The notes under the pieces are model-generated. The model was not told the origin of the DNA. It made no database searches and was given only the letters and a program-made list of their open reading frames with translations. A stretch of DNA of 64,000 bases from Synechococcus sp. Its GTDB lineage: Bacteria > Cyanobacteriota > Cyanobacteriia > PCC-6307 > Cyanobiaceae. Location of the stretch: NCBI GenBank assembly GCA_047285535.1, contig JBJBDC010000001.1, forward strand, positions 480,136 through 544,135, written 5' to 3'. Shown in pieces: positions 1 through 10,651 of this stretch. Position 1 is the first letter of the stretch; each line of letters begins with the position of its first letter. The translations under genes were made by a program, and so were the position numbers.

Positions 1-166
1 ATTGCATACAAACTCAACAGAGCATTTTCAATATTGACTTTGGCTTCAATCAGTAACCGGCAATCGGTGCTTCCAGGCTCGTAACTCATGATTTTTCTTT
101 AGTTCTAACCATTCAGCCTTTCTGCTGCGAATAGGATTGTGGCCATTTTTACCAAATGACAAAAGC

Positions 167-721
167 TTATGGTTCTTGCTGTTGATTGCTGGATTCAATG
201 AGATCCCAAGGTCGCTCTATCCCACCTTCGATGGCCCATATGCCTGCTTTGAATTGCTTTGCTGTTGTTTCCAGGTTTTGGTAGTTCAGATCATCACAAC
301 GACCCAGATAACCATCGTAAGCAAACACGTGACCTTCGCTTACGAGTGGTGCCGTTACATCTTTTTTATCATTTATAAGTCGTGCAACAATTCTTCCATA
401 AACATCGCGAGCTCGTAGTTCCATCAGCACGATTGAGCCCTCAGGTAGTTGCTTTCTCAGCGCCGTTTTGGCTTCGTTTGCCCAAGGTTGTTGTTGAAAC
501 AGGGGGGCTTGTATGCAGGCAAGGCGAACGGCTCTCCCTTCTCCATTCAGTTCAACCAGCACTTCTTGACCATTGTTCACCCTAAGTACAGTGACAGCTT
601 GGGTGGGATGCGATTCATCTGCGTTTAATGCCTCAGGCGTTCCTCCTATGAGTAAAAGGAAAATTATTACTCCTTTTGCTATGGACATTCTGTTTTCTGA
701 CATGACCTTCATTTTGTTCAA
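167..721 (-). CDS. Thermonuclease (SNase-like) family protein with signal peptide
   Basis: Hydrophobic N-terminus, then SNase-like motifs VRLACIQAP, RDVYGRIVA, LVSEGHV and AKQFKAGIW. True start may be ATG at 712 or 703. Confidence 0.8.
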   Translation of the reverse strand: MNKMKVMSENRMSIAKGVIIFLLLIGGTPEALNADESHPTQAVTVLRVNNGQEVLVELNGEGRAVRLACIQAPLFQQQPWANEAKTALRKQLPEGSIVLMELRARDVYGRIVARLINDKKDVTAPLVSEGHVFAYDGYLGRCDDLNYQNLETTAKQFKAGIWAIEGGIERPWDLIESSNQQQEP

Positions 722-2812
722 CTAACGAACAGCATCTCTCGATATGACGCATGTGGCTAGGCATTGTCATCGACAAAGACTTCAAGATCATCAACAAGTT
801 TGCGCAGCTCAAGGAGGTGTGGCAGCAAAACAGCATCAGCTTGGCTCATTGAGGTTCTTGGCTCGCCTCGGTGCAGCTCATGGAATTCATCTTCAAGTGT
901 TGAGGTCTGAGCTGGCCTCCGTGTTTGTAGTTCAGTTACCCGTTGCAGTGAGTGATGATCGGGATTCAGTCCTACAGCTTTTAGCTCTGCATTTGTTCGG
1001 GCATGAGACCTCTGATGTTGTTGAACCGTGGTGCTTATTTGTCTGTCCTCGATGCTATTAACCTTTGGCTTTAACCCTACAGTCTGGGTGTATTGATCGT
1101 TCTAGACCTTGTAACGACTCTCCTGCTCAATCGTAGTCATCAGTCTGTGTCTTTGGATGTGATCTCTTATTTCATCACGTTGCAGGACTGGAAAGTCTTC
1201 GGCTGTGTTCTTGAGATGTTCCAACCCCTGTTGTTTCATTGCTTCTTGATGCCATACGTCAGAATATCCATCACTTTCTAAGACATCAGAAGCGTCTCGA
1301 TAGACTATCAAGTTTTTGGTCGCTGATCCATTCAATTTACGCAGCCATCACAGTATTTATCGCAATGAGCGGTCCAGATAAGGACTCACCTGATCCCATT
1401 GCTCTGATTTCAAATCTATTGACATTAAATGCAAAGGGCGTCATTCGATTCCCTTGCTTGCATCTCTTTTGAACTCGGGAAGGCTGGAGACTCCGAGATG
1501 CATGACATTTCCTGTTCTGCTGCCAGTCACTTAGCCATGTTGAAACTGCTGGAAAAACTTTTCTAATGATGGTCGAGATCCACTGAACTGATCGCCGGTG
1601 ATGCCTCTTTTGCACTATGTCGTTGATCGTCACCAGCGGCTGTGACCATAGCCCTAAGCCATGGACCATTTCCATGAACACCTTGGATTACTGCGGCTTC
1701 GCAAAGCAGGAACTGCAAATTGTTGTGTGCTGTATCTCTAGGATCAAAAAGATTGCCTTGCTTTGTTGTCCTCATATCAATTGACATGTTTTCCAGAATT
1801 TTTAAGTCTTGAAAATGGATTTTCATGTATAACGACTTGAACTCGTGAAGTTTGCCCGCGCAGCTCAGCAGTGTCATGATTATTGGCTGATGATCTGTCG
1901 CGACGTTGCCAGTCTCATGGATAGAGCCATTCTCGAACTGAGCTGGTGCAACTTCGTTAACTCCTCTTTTGCTGGTATTCCGATTTATACAGCTAATTCA
2001 CACATTCTTCATCTACACCTGCTTGTGTTTAGTTATGGCATCAAAATCATGACCGTCGAATTGCTGGCACTTAGGCCAGGGGCTTCCAACTATTGATCTG
2101 CCAGGGAGAGGAAGATCTGGACCGAATTTTGATAATTGATTAGCCATTAGGATCTATTGCTGCTCACCATCGCATGAACCATTATCTGCCTAGCAATTTG
2201 TAGTCCCGAGCGAGCATAGTACTCGCTTTCCTTGTCCATTCATCGCCAAATTCGAGTGTAGCATTGGAATTTGTCTCTAGTGCCACAGTTGTCCATCTCA
2301 CGAATTCACTGTAGATATAATGCCTTACTTCATTTGGCGTATGCATTATGTCTACAGTTCATGTGATGTACCTCGTAGTACAAACACGTGCTTTGGGGTT
2401 TGATCGAATTCCCCGATTTGGAACTGAGTTTGGATCAGGTTCTCTTTCTACGAGTTATTTGTAGGAAAATCATGGAGCGCTGGTGCTTCTTTCTGCTAAC
2501 TGATGATATTAAATCTTTTCTAGTGTTGAGTTTGTCAGGAGATCAAACACGTGGACGTAATAGTGATCTCCGTTGTTAACTACCTATTCTCTCATGGAAT
2601 GAGCCATAGATACTGGATCTTCTATATTCATCTTGCCCATATCGTAGATCTCTCGTCCCACAATTTAGAATACGTCTTTAGTCAGTACGATTTTGATTCT
2701 CTTCAAGTTGATTACATCCCTGTTTCTGACTTATTCAACCGCAATAACTTCCTTACATGTCTTTGGCCTAAATTGTTGAATTGATGGAATATGAGGAGAA
2801 GAGACGGATATG
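718..2812 (-). pseudogene. glnN: Glutamine synthetase type III, full-length pseudogene with many stops and frameshifts
   Basis: Minus-strand frames give GSIII motifs in the expected order: NNGDHYYVHVFDLLTNSTLEK, KCQQFDGHDFDAI, NEVAPAQFE, NVATDHQ, QGNLFDP..HNNLQFLL..AAVIQGVH, NRMTPFAFNVNRFEIRAMGSG, DGYSDVWHQEA and C-terminal VDDLEVFVDDNA*PHASYREMLFVS. Span ~2.1 kb fits GSIII. The 5' end is approximate. Confidence 0.92.
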
Positions 2813-3145
2813 GCCTCGCAAGTTTCCCACGCAGGTGTCTTAATCGTCTTCCCTAAGTGAGACTCTACGCTGAACGCCAACCCATCACATATTTCTAATT
2901 CATCGCATCTGTCAGGAGCATATACAATCTTTTGAATCTACATCATGTTTGACCTGTCTATCTTTATTTGATTGTACAAGTAATGTCTTCTTCGAGATTC
3001 GGTTTGATGATTTGTTTAGATATTAAAACGTGAGAAATATTTCTCAAAAAATACATCCCGAAACATTCTGGCAAGTATAGATTGGCTTATGTTATAGATC
3101 CCGTTTGAATTTAACTTTTTTATTTTGAATCTTTTTTTTTTAATA

Positions 3146-3778
3146 ATGGCTATTTCTTCTGAACATGATCGTCTTTATTTTCCAGCAGCTGAGCGGAACT
3201 GTGTTCCTATTGGGAACGCACTGTCTAAAATCCTGCCAGATACAGGTTCGATTTTAGAAATAGCGAGCGGTAGTGGAGAGCACGCTGTCGTTTTTCAGCG
3301 CCTTTTCCCCTGGATTCTCTGGCAAGCCAGTGATTCTAATCCAGTTCACTGTAAAAGTATTGCTGCTTGGATTCATCATGAAAATCTCTCTTCCGTGATG
3401 CCGCAACCATTGGAACTCGATGTTCTCGACAATTCATGGATGATACCTGAGATCGTATTGTCTCAACTGAAGATCATCATTTCTATCAATCTTATCCACA
3501 TCGCTCCTTGGAGATGTTGTGTATCTGTGATCCAACATTCATCGGAATACCTTCCCGTAGGCGGTCGCTTAGTTTTCTATGGGCCTTTTCGCCGAAATGG
3601 TGAACATATCAGTGTCAGTAATGAGATTTTTGATCACAGTTTACGACAACGTAATTCCTCTTGGGGTGTGCGTGACCTCGAGTCTGTGGTGGAACTCTGT
3701 ACTTACTATGGAATGGAACTAATGGATATTGAAGATTTACCTGCTAATAATATTTTTGTTATTTTCAAAAAGAAATAG
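3146..3778 (+). CDS. DUF938 family SAM-dependent methyltransferase
   Basis: FPAAERN, ILEIASGSGEH, WQASD, INLIHIAPW, YGPF, N..FD.SLRQRN..WGVRD, LPANN. Confidence 0.9.
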   Translation: MAISSEHDRLYFPAAERNCVPIGNALSKILPDTGSILEIASGSGEHAVVFQRLFPWILWQASDSNPVHCKSIAAWIHHENLSSVMPQPLELDVLDNSWMIPEIVLSQLKIIISINLIHIAPWRCCVSVIQHSSEYLPVGGRLVFYGPFRRNGEHISVSNEIFDHSLRQRNSSWGVRDLESVVELCTYYGMELMDIEDLPANNIFVIFKKK

Positions 3779-4497
3779 TGTTCGTTCTATCAAATTCTGC
3801 CTTCTTGTCAAATATTTACGCTGATACGATTGATACCCTGGTTATCTGTAGATAGCCTTTCGTTATTATGTTCATTTTTATTAACTTAACTTCGCTGTTT
3901 AAGGGTGATACATCGTCTATTTTATGTCTGTTCTTCGTAGTCATAGAGATTTTATTCCCTTCTCAATAAGGTTTTATACGCATTAAGTTACGTCCAATGC
4001 CATACTCAGGTGCTCATCCTTCCAGTCAAGATATAAGTTGATACTTTTCATGCTGTTGTATTATGAGTATTCTTTATTGTGTAATATTCTTAATAATTTA
4101 TATTTTTTGCATTTGGACTCTTCTATCAGATTGAGTCGGATTTCACATTTAGATTGATAAACCGCTAAAAGTCCATTTCCTTAATTAAACAATTTATAAC
4201 CATATAAATATTCACCCAAGTCAACCAAATGACTGATCACTTTTATTTAGCGACTAAAAATATAGTGATTAAGTACCTTTCATTCAATTCAATAACATTG
4301 CAATACTAAGCAATTTTCATTCACGCTGATGACAGCCTTTGCTTGTTGTATTTGTTTTATCTAATGTGAGATCTTTTAATGCAAATTGCAATTAACTAGG
4401 CAAGAATGAATCGTAATTATAGGTGGAAGATATTTATTTTCGTATAGACATCTCTGTATTGGATATGACCCCCCAAGTGGAGGGTTTTTGCAACCGG

Positions 4498-4710
4498 TGT
4501 GATCCCCATCACCCAGCCCATCAAATATTAGATCGAGTCTTTTCTGGAAGGATGCTTGTTCTCCACCAATTTATGCAGGCACTCCACAAATCGAGCAAGA
4601 CCTTGATCTCTTTCCCACAGCCTGGGGAAAATGCTGGGTAAATAGTGTTGTTTGGCTAATTTTGTGGAAAATAGCGGAATGTATGTCATGCTTGTGGTCC
4701 CCATCACCCA
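4498..4710. promoter_or_regulatory. Two CRP-like boxes (18-bp direct repeat) flanking DnaA-box-like motifs
   Basis: TGTGATCCCCATCACCCA at 4498-4515 and TGTGGTCCCCATCACCCA at 4693-4710. Between them: TTTCCCACA 4611-4619, TGGGGAAAA 4623-4631 and TGTGGAAAA 4663-4671. Confidence 0.45.
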
Positions 4711-4745
4711 CCCCGCTTAGCCTTCGCTTAGCGGGGATTTTTGTT
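4711..4745 (+). terminator. Rho-independent terminator
   Basis: CCCCGCT...AGCGGGG stem followed by ATTTTTGTT. Confidence 0.7.
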
Positions 4746-5633
4746 GCAGGATGTTAACTGCCAGTGGCTCTAATGGTATTGAGCAATTTCGGCCATACTT
4801 CCCTCAACGTTGCACTATCGAGTGTTGAGAATAGGAAAACAATAGACCAATTCATATTTATTATCATATATTGAATCTGCATATTTTTAGTTCTATAACT
4901 ATCCACTGATCTAGTTTTTAGTCTCTACGCAGCCATAAGCTTTACTGCTTCGGCAAATATTGATCTATTCTTTTCCGCGTGAACGATATTTGATTTATTA
5001 AATGTATATTAGACTGCCTATTCTCATGAATATATCTGTAAATCTCTAGTTTTTCCGGCACTATGCCTCTAATTAAATGGTAGTTTTTACTTATCACTTT
5101 GCCTTCGGTTGTCATATCACTATTATGATCATCATGGTTTGATTGACTGCAATTAATTTTTAGTTGTGGAATATTTGTTAGGATTGTTAACCTGGCATAT
5201 ACGTCCTTTGTTCTGTTATTTTGCTGTTTAGGTCCTAATTATCCTTGCAAACTTACTCTGTGATTGTTTCTAGTATTGAAATTGAATACATTACTTGCTT
5301 TTCATTTTATCAATATCACTTTATTAACATATTTTGCTAGTGATTTATGTTCTTCATAGGCCTCAATTCCAGCTTATTGTCGATTAAACCAGATTCAATA
5401 TGCAAGCGATTCATGCAACTTTTAATATAACCTTGCTTTAGATCTTTGTATTTGCAAGTATGCAGTCATTGAACTCGTATTTGTTTCTAGTAATGCTGAT
5501 ATCAATTTTTATTTTAGGACTCTAGGCCAAGATTCATGACTATAAGAGCGTAACTCTTGATTTATGTGAATCGTCTTTCACTCAAAAACTAATTGTAATT
5601 ATTTATCTCTAGTATTTAGTAGGTGTCTGCTTG

Positions 5634-5906
5634 CTAGATTTTCTCAGTTTTAGGGCTAATTGATACTGTTTGATTTAATTCAAAAGCTTTATCAGACGTC
5701 TCAGGTTCCGTCACATCCGAGTTGGCATTGATCCAGATAATACCAGAATCTCTGATTATGCATATTAACTCATCGCTTCTAATTAATCTATACGTAGAAG
5801 CATTTTTTGTACAGAGCTCCTTGGCCTCCATGAGCGCAGCATGAATATTGTCGATCTTGGTACAGGATTTCCATCCATCTGGCGTTAGCCTCTCGATATT
5901 GACCAT
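5634..5906 (-). CDS. Small hypothetical protein (90 aa)
   Basis: ATG-started open frame with protein-like composition within stop-rich AT-rich DNA. Confidence 0.6.
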   Translation of the reverse strand: MVNIERLTPDGWKSCTKIDNIHAALMEAKELCTKNASTYRLIRSDELICIIRDSGIIWINANSDVTEPETSDKAFELNQTVSISPKTEKI

Positions 5907-6236
5907 GAGTACTTTTACTTACTACATGCAGTTTCTCGCAAGGTTGTGGCAAGAAGCAAGAAAAGTGTTCACATCCATACTGAAAAATCTTGTCGCCTGC
6001 TCATTCTTTATATTTAAGGTCTATATTTACAGAATTTTCGATGTTTTACTGAGATAGCGAGAGCATCTTATCAATCTTCTTTCAGGGTTTCCATGTTCTG
6101 CTATGGGACTAACTTTTTCGATAGTTCTTTGTCAATTATCTAATTTTGCCTTATTTGTTATTGGAAACTGTGTGTCCGAAACTGAGATTTCTTTGATCGT
6201 TTAAATAGTAATATCTTTCTGGTTTAAGGCGTTGAT

Positions 6237-6434
6237 ATGTCTATGACTTTTCGGGTTATCAGGCATGACAATACCAATACTTTAGCGATTTCAAATGGAG
6301 TTGATGGTTGGATTCGTCTGGCTTCCTCTAACACTAATGGTAATTATATTTTTAGTGATGATCGACTTACACCATTGATGATTTATTGTTTCAGTTATCC
6401 TCTTCATGTCTTTATTTTTTGCTCGAAGGTATAA
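6237..6434 (+). CDS. Small hypothetical protein (65 aa)
   Basis: ATG start and plausible composition; no family recognised. Confidence 0.35.
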   Translation: MSMTFRVIRHDNTNTLAISNGVDGWIRLASSNTNGNYIFSDDRLTPLMIYCFSYPLHVFIFCSKV

Positions 6435-6483
6435 GTTATAAGTCGTTTTATATATTGCTTTCTATTTGTTGCCTATTGTTGAG

Positions 6484-6753
6484 ATGCCTTTTCCATCCTC
6501 CATGCTTTTAAAAGAAGTACAGCCCTTTGCTCTTTATCACTCAGCTAGGCGTCGCAGGCAAGCGACAGCTTTCTTGGATGAGGTTGCTAGAAACTTTGTT
6601 CTACGCGATAGGATCAGTGTTGCCAATAATGATGATGATGTAGTCAGAATTGCCAATGAATTTGGTTTTTCTGTATCAACAGCTGATATTTGGCTTTTTC
6701 AAGACAGAGACTTTAAACGAAAAGTGGGAATTCGTGGTTGGTATTCTAGTTGA
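6484..6753 (+). CDS. Nif11-like leader-domain small protein
   Basis: QATAFLDEVARNFVLRDRISVANNDDDVVRIANEFGFSVSTADI follows the Nif11 pattern (AFL..V....L...L......VV.IA.E.GF..S..D). No double-Gly motif. Confidence 0.7.
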   Translation: MPFPSSMLLKEVQPFALYHSARRRRQATAFLDEVARNFVLRDRISVANNDDDVVRIANEFGFSVSTADIWLFQDRDFKRKVGIRGWYSS

Positions 6754-7291
6754 ATTTAACAGATTGAGTTCCTAGGCTTTATGTACTTTTTGTCCCGTTA
6801 TAGTATCTTTTTGGCAAGCAAACTGTATATACCTAGGTCCTTTTCCTTTGCTTTTTCGTATTGATGTTTTCAATTGACTTTTTATTTCCGGATTTTAAAC
6901 GTTTGCTCGCTTAGTAAACTAGACCTAACCCTTTTTTGATATTGGTCCCTTTTTATATTTACCTTGATCTGTATTTAATTATTTTTAGAGAGCTCTCTTC
7001 CACACCTATATTTGCATTTGCCGTAGTCACTATCTTCTTCAATACTATGCGTCAGTTTCTATCCTGATTCTAGTACGCATTATTCGTTGCCTGCTTTTGC
7101 TTCTCTCTTCTGGTAATGGCCGACTGTTTCGGCTTAATTTGGTGTTCAGGTCAATCTGGGATCTCGAGACTCTTGACACCCCGTCGACTTTGATCATTAG
7201 AGTTGTTCTGCTCCAATGATGTGTTGACCTTGGGATCCGCATGTCATCTATTGTTCCTCATAGTGAAATAAGGTATGAGTAGTAATCCTCA

Positions 7292-7750
7292 ATGATTTCA
7301 GAAAAATGGCAATTTTATGGAAGAGGCAATCATTCTTAGGCGTGAGGCCGTTGTGAACTAAGCAATGGCGTTTCCATTTCCTCCTTGATTGCTAATGATG
7401 GAGTGATTCTGGTTATGGTCCATAACATGATGTTTATCAGCGTCCTTGATCCTAGCTATTCACTCTGAGTTGAATGTAATTTGCCCTGATTACTATTGAC
7501 TTTGAATCTTAGATAAGTCTGCCTATGTGATATTGACAAGTTTTTAATACTGTTCAATGTCTTATGCCACTGCCAATTTCTCCTTGATTCGAACCGTGTT
7601 TTATGCTCAATGCTCTGTTTGTTCTAGGCCTTATGCCCCGAAGCTGATGATATAGAACTGTATCGTGCACTTTTGGGCAATGATGAATTCCATGATCAGC
7701 AGTCCATCGCCCGTCATTTTTCTTTAGTCGAGCGAGTTCCTTGTCCTTTG
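7292..7750 (+). pseudogene. Nucleoside/guanine deaminase (cytidine-deaminase fold) pseudogene
   Basis: Broken frames read MEEAIILRREAVVN, LIANDG, LDPS, HSELNVI (HAE.NAI) and YCSMSYATA...IRTVFYA (C.MCYATA...IRTVFYA). Boundaries approximate. Confidence 0.7.
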
Positions 7751-8070
7751 GACGATTCCCGATAACTGAATTTGCTTTATGCAGACCTTTTTCAAACCCT
7801 TCCACGCCTCAAACTGTCGGGGATCAATTCAGTCTTTTGGCTGTGATTGTGGGTTAGCAGCAGTTCTGCAATGGTCGGATACTCTGGTTAAGGTTATTCC
7901 GATGACAGTCTATCTTAGCTTTGAATGAATGATGAAGGGGCAGATTCCTCTCGTATTCACCATAGAGATCAAGTTTTTCTTCTCTAGTCGTCCTTAATGA
8001 TCGCTTGAATCATTCTCGCCAATGCAAATCCCTCATGATCGCCTTAGCCAGCTATTTATCAGTGATAACC

Positions 8071-8259
8071 TCACGATTCTAAGAAGTGTTGTTGTCGTTC
8101 CCCTGTATTGGTTGCTGGCTCAAGATGCTTGGTAATGCACATTGTTACGCAGGCTCCATCGTTGAGTCCGCAACTTGTGACGCACTCCAAATAAGCATCG
8201 ACCGCATCCCATCTTTCTGTGATTGTTTTGCATGCGTGTTCATTCTTGAACGCTCTCAT
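8071..8259 (-). CDS. Small Cys-rich hypothetical protein (CxxxC-x6-CxxxC)
   Basis: WDAVDAYLECVTSCGLNDGACVTMC; resembles small conserved picocyanobacterial hypotheticals (from memory). Confidence 0.7.
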   Translation of the reverse strand: MRAFKNEHACKTITERWDAVDAYLECVTSCGLNDGACVTMCITKHLEPATNTGERQQHFLES

Positions 8260-9250
8260 TAGATTCTCTCGTCTTCCAATTGCATACGACGGTTTTTCTT
8301 TATTGACAAGTTAATTATTGCGATATAAATAGTTCCTAGGTTGATATGCTCAATTCGAATTGATTTTGGCCTTGTACTAAGCCTTCCTTGAAGCTTTGTT
8401 CTATTTTTTCATTGGCTGTTGACTCTTCACCGTTGTAAGGGAAATCAGACCCTTTTAGCGGATTTAGTCCCGATCGATGTTCAATGCTGGATTATGGATG
8501 ACAAGAAGAGGTGAAAAAATGCGTATATAACAATACCGATTGAGAGTGCTGGAACTGTAAACTTCATGGCTTGTGTTGTCAGTGCTTTCAATTTAATAGG
8601 CGATATTGAGGGGTTTGGCTTCAATAACTACATAATTCTTCTAACTGGTGATAATACCTATTGTAGTGAATGACGAGTTTTCGAGATTAATTCGAGTCGA
8701 TATGCGTTCTCAGGATTAAGTCTTCCTTGTTTTATTTAGAGATAGATTGACTTCAATGATTTCTTTCTGTTGATTTTATGTATACGGCACTAGTCATTAT
8801 GATTCTGTTGTTCAACAAATGTGAGTTGGGTTTGTTGTTCTGGTCTTGCCTTGCGTCAAGGCTTTTTCTCTTTTGTGATTTTACCTAGAACGGATCTTGA
8901 TACCTTTATTTTTATTGTCAGTTTAACCATACTCTTGTTATTCAATGGCTGCGAGGAGATTTAGATTGTGAATAATAAGGCGCTTTTGAATAATTATTTT
9001 GGTATTAATGCTCCTAGGTTACTACATTCTGGCTCGTCTATTCTGTCTCGTCATGTTTTGGGGATTCCTTTAATCTATGTGTTTGGGTTCAATCTCTGTT
9101 TGCATCCTTGTTGTCTTAGGATTTTTGCTCCTGAACCATATTCGCTGTTTTTTCTACTTGATGAGGATTCATGTTTTGGTTGTTTGTAATTATTTTGTAT
9201 GCGATGTCTTGTGACATACTATTGCTCTTTGCTAATTCTTGTTTGTTATG

Positions 9251-9466
9251 TCAGTGGCCATGGGCAGCAAGTATTGATCCACAATCCTTATTGTAGTTCC
9301 GATTTGAGATTCCAAGATTTCTCTTTTTTTGTATCATGCAGGCTGCTACTTGAGGGCTTGGTACAACAAGTGGACCAAACGATACAGTTGCACTCTGATT
9401 TGCAAGTGTTGGTGATGCATTGAACAAATTGATCACTAATCCCATCGATAAGATTGCGAATTTCAT
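9251..9466 (-). CDS. Small secreted 2-Cys protein, paralog A
   Basis: Signal-peptide-like N-terminus; shares TVxFGPxxVPxPxVAxCxxQxKR..NYNxxCxxI with 12548-12766. Confidence 0.75.
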   Translation of the reverse strand: MKFAILSMGLVINLFNASPTLANQSATVSFGPLVVPSPQVAACMIQKKRNLGISNRNYNKDCGSILAAHGH

Positions 9467-10651
9467 GTTCGTTTCCTTGGCTTGATGTACTAAGAATCAT
9501 TCATTTCGGTCCTGAATAAATGAGTGCTTGCTGAGGAGTTCACGTGATTGCTTTTAGATGTCGTTCATATGAGTAATCGGTGAGTGTTTAGTATGAGCTA
9601 CTTTAGATGTCTTCAATTGCTCTTTAATGTGTTACTAATAGGCAGGAAGCCGAAGTTAATTGTGTCTGAGATATTCCTTCTGGTTTGTTTTTAAGACCTC
9701 ATACGAGGACCAGAGGCTATTGCTTAGACAAGGCGGTTCTGCATGGTTGTTTCCACCACACCCTCAAATTCTTTGTTCTGCTGTATCGGGACGGACATTC
9801 GCGAGCGACCATCAACATGATTTTTTGCCCTTGAGAATCCAGGCTTAACCCCCAGGCAGGGCTTCGCTTGAGTGGTTGTTGACCCTGTTCGGTCCAGCGA
9901 CTCTTTCAACCTCACCATCACTGATTCATGCTGGACGCAACCCTTCTTCTTGTCCCAGCAGTGCTTTAGGCGAGTTCAGTCCTCGGTTGTTCCATCCACT
10001 TTGACGTCATCAGGATGATTCTTAATGGCCATGACTCCTTGTTTGGCTCATATCACCACCATCGGGAACAGATGAGATGTCCCTTCTCATGAAGCGTGAA
10101 CAGCAATGCATCCTTTAACGTCGCCTTCCGTTTTGGCACCTTGATGATGGCTATTTGATCCGGTTTCCCACTAGTGGATGGATGTTGGTTTGATGGCAAG
10201 GATCGATTCCACTTCAGTTTCAAGCGCAGCTGCACGATATGAATACTGTTCTATTAGGTGTCCAGTGCCTCTGTTGGTTCCAGCCATGCAACGGATGAAA
10301 AGGCATGATTTTCTTCAACTTCTTCAGATGCTGTTCGCACCATGCTTTAGTAATGTTGATTGATCAGAATTTTTTGCTTGACCAGATCCCTGTGTCCTTT
10401 GATTTGGGGATGCATGCAAAGTAGTCCTCACAGTATTTCGCATTGAAGTGGTTTGGGCGATGAATCTCTCTCCCCCTTTGGATGCTTCTTTCTTCGACTT
10501 TCAAATCTTCAATCCTTTCTCATTGGCTAGGTCGAGCGATCTACACCGAGATCCCTAGAACCTTGAAAATTGATGTGTTGCTCGTAGTGGGACGTAGGTA
10601 TGGCTGTTCTGGGTGCTTTCCTGCTCTCTTTTCAGCTGTTCGTCATCAGCT

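Noticed and set aside
1102..1877. ORFs 1102-1335, 1337-1681 and 1563-1877 as separate small genes
   Set aside because: They are fragments of the glnN pseudogene
2820..2880. Glutamine riboswitch upstream of glnN (CGTTCA on the minus strand)
   Set aside because: No matching GAACG 3' strand or other conserved core found
4423..4641. 72-aa ORF as a protein-coding gene
   Set aside because: GTG start, no recognisable features; better explained by the overlapping DNA motifs, though not excluded
7587..7596. GATTCGAACC as an att-site copy of the tRNA T-loop
   Set aside because: Only 10 bp, and it lies in the IRT codons of the deaminase remnant
9000..9220. Decayed Nif11-like gene downstream of paralog A (and similarly downstream of paralog B)
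   Set aside because: Similarity limited to a few bases; too degraded to support
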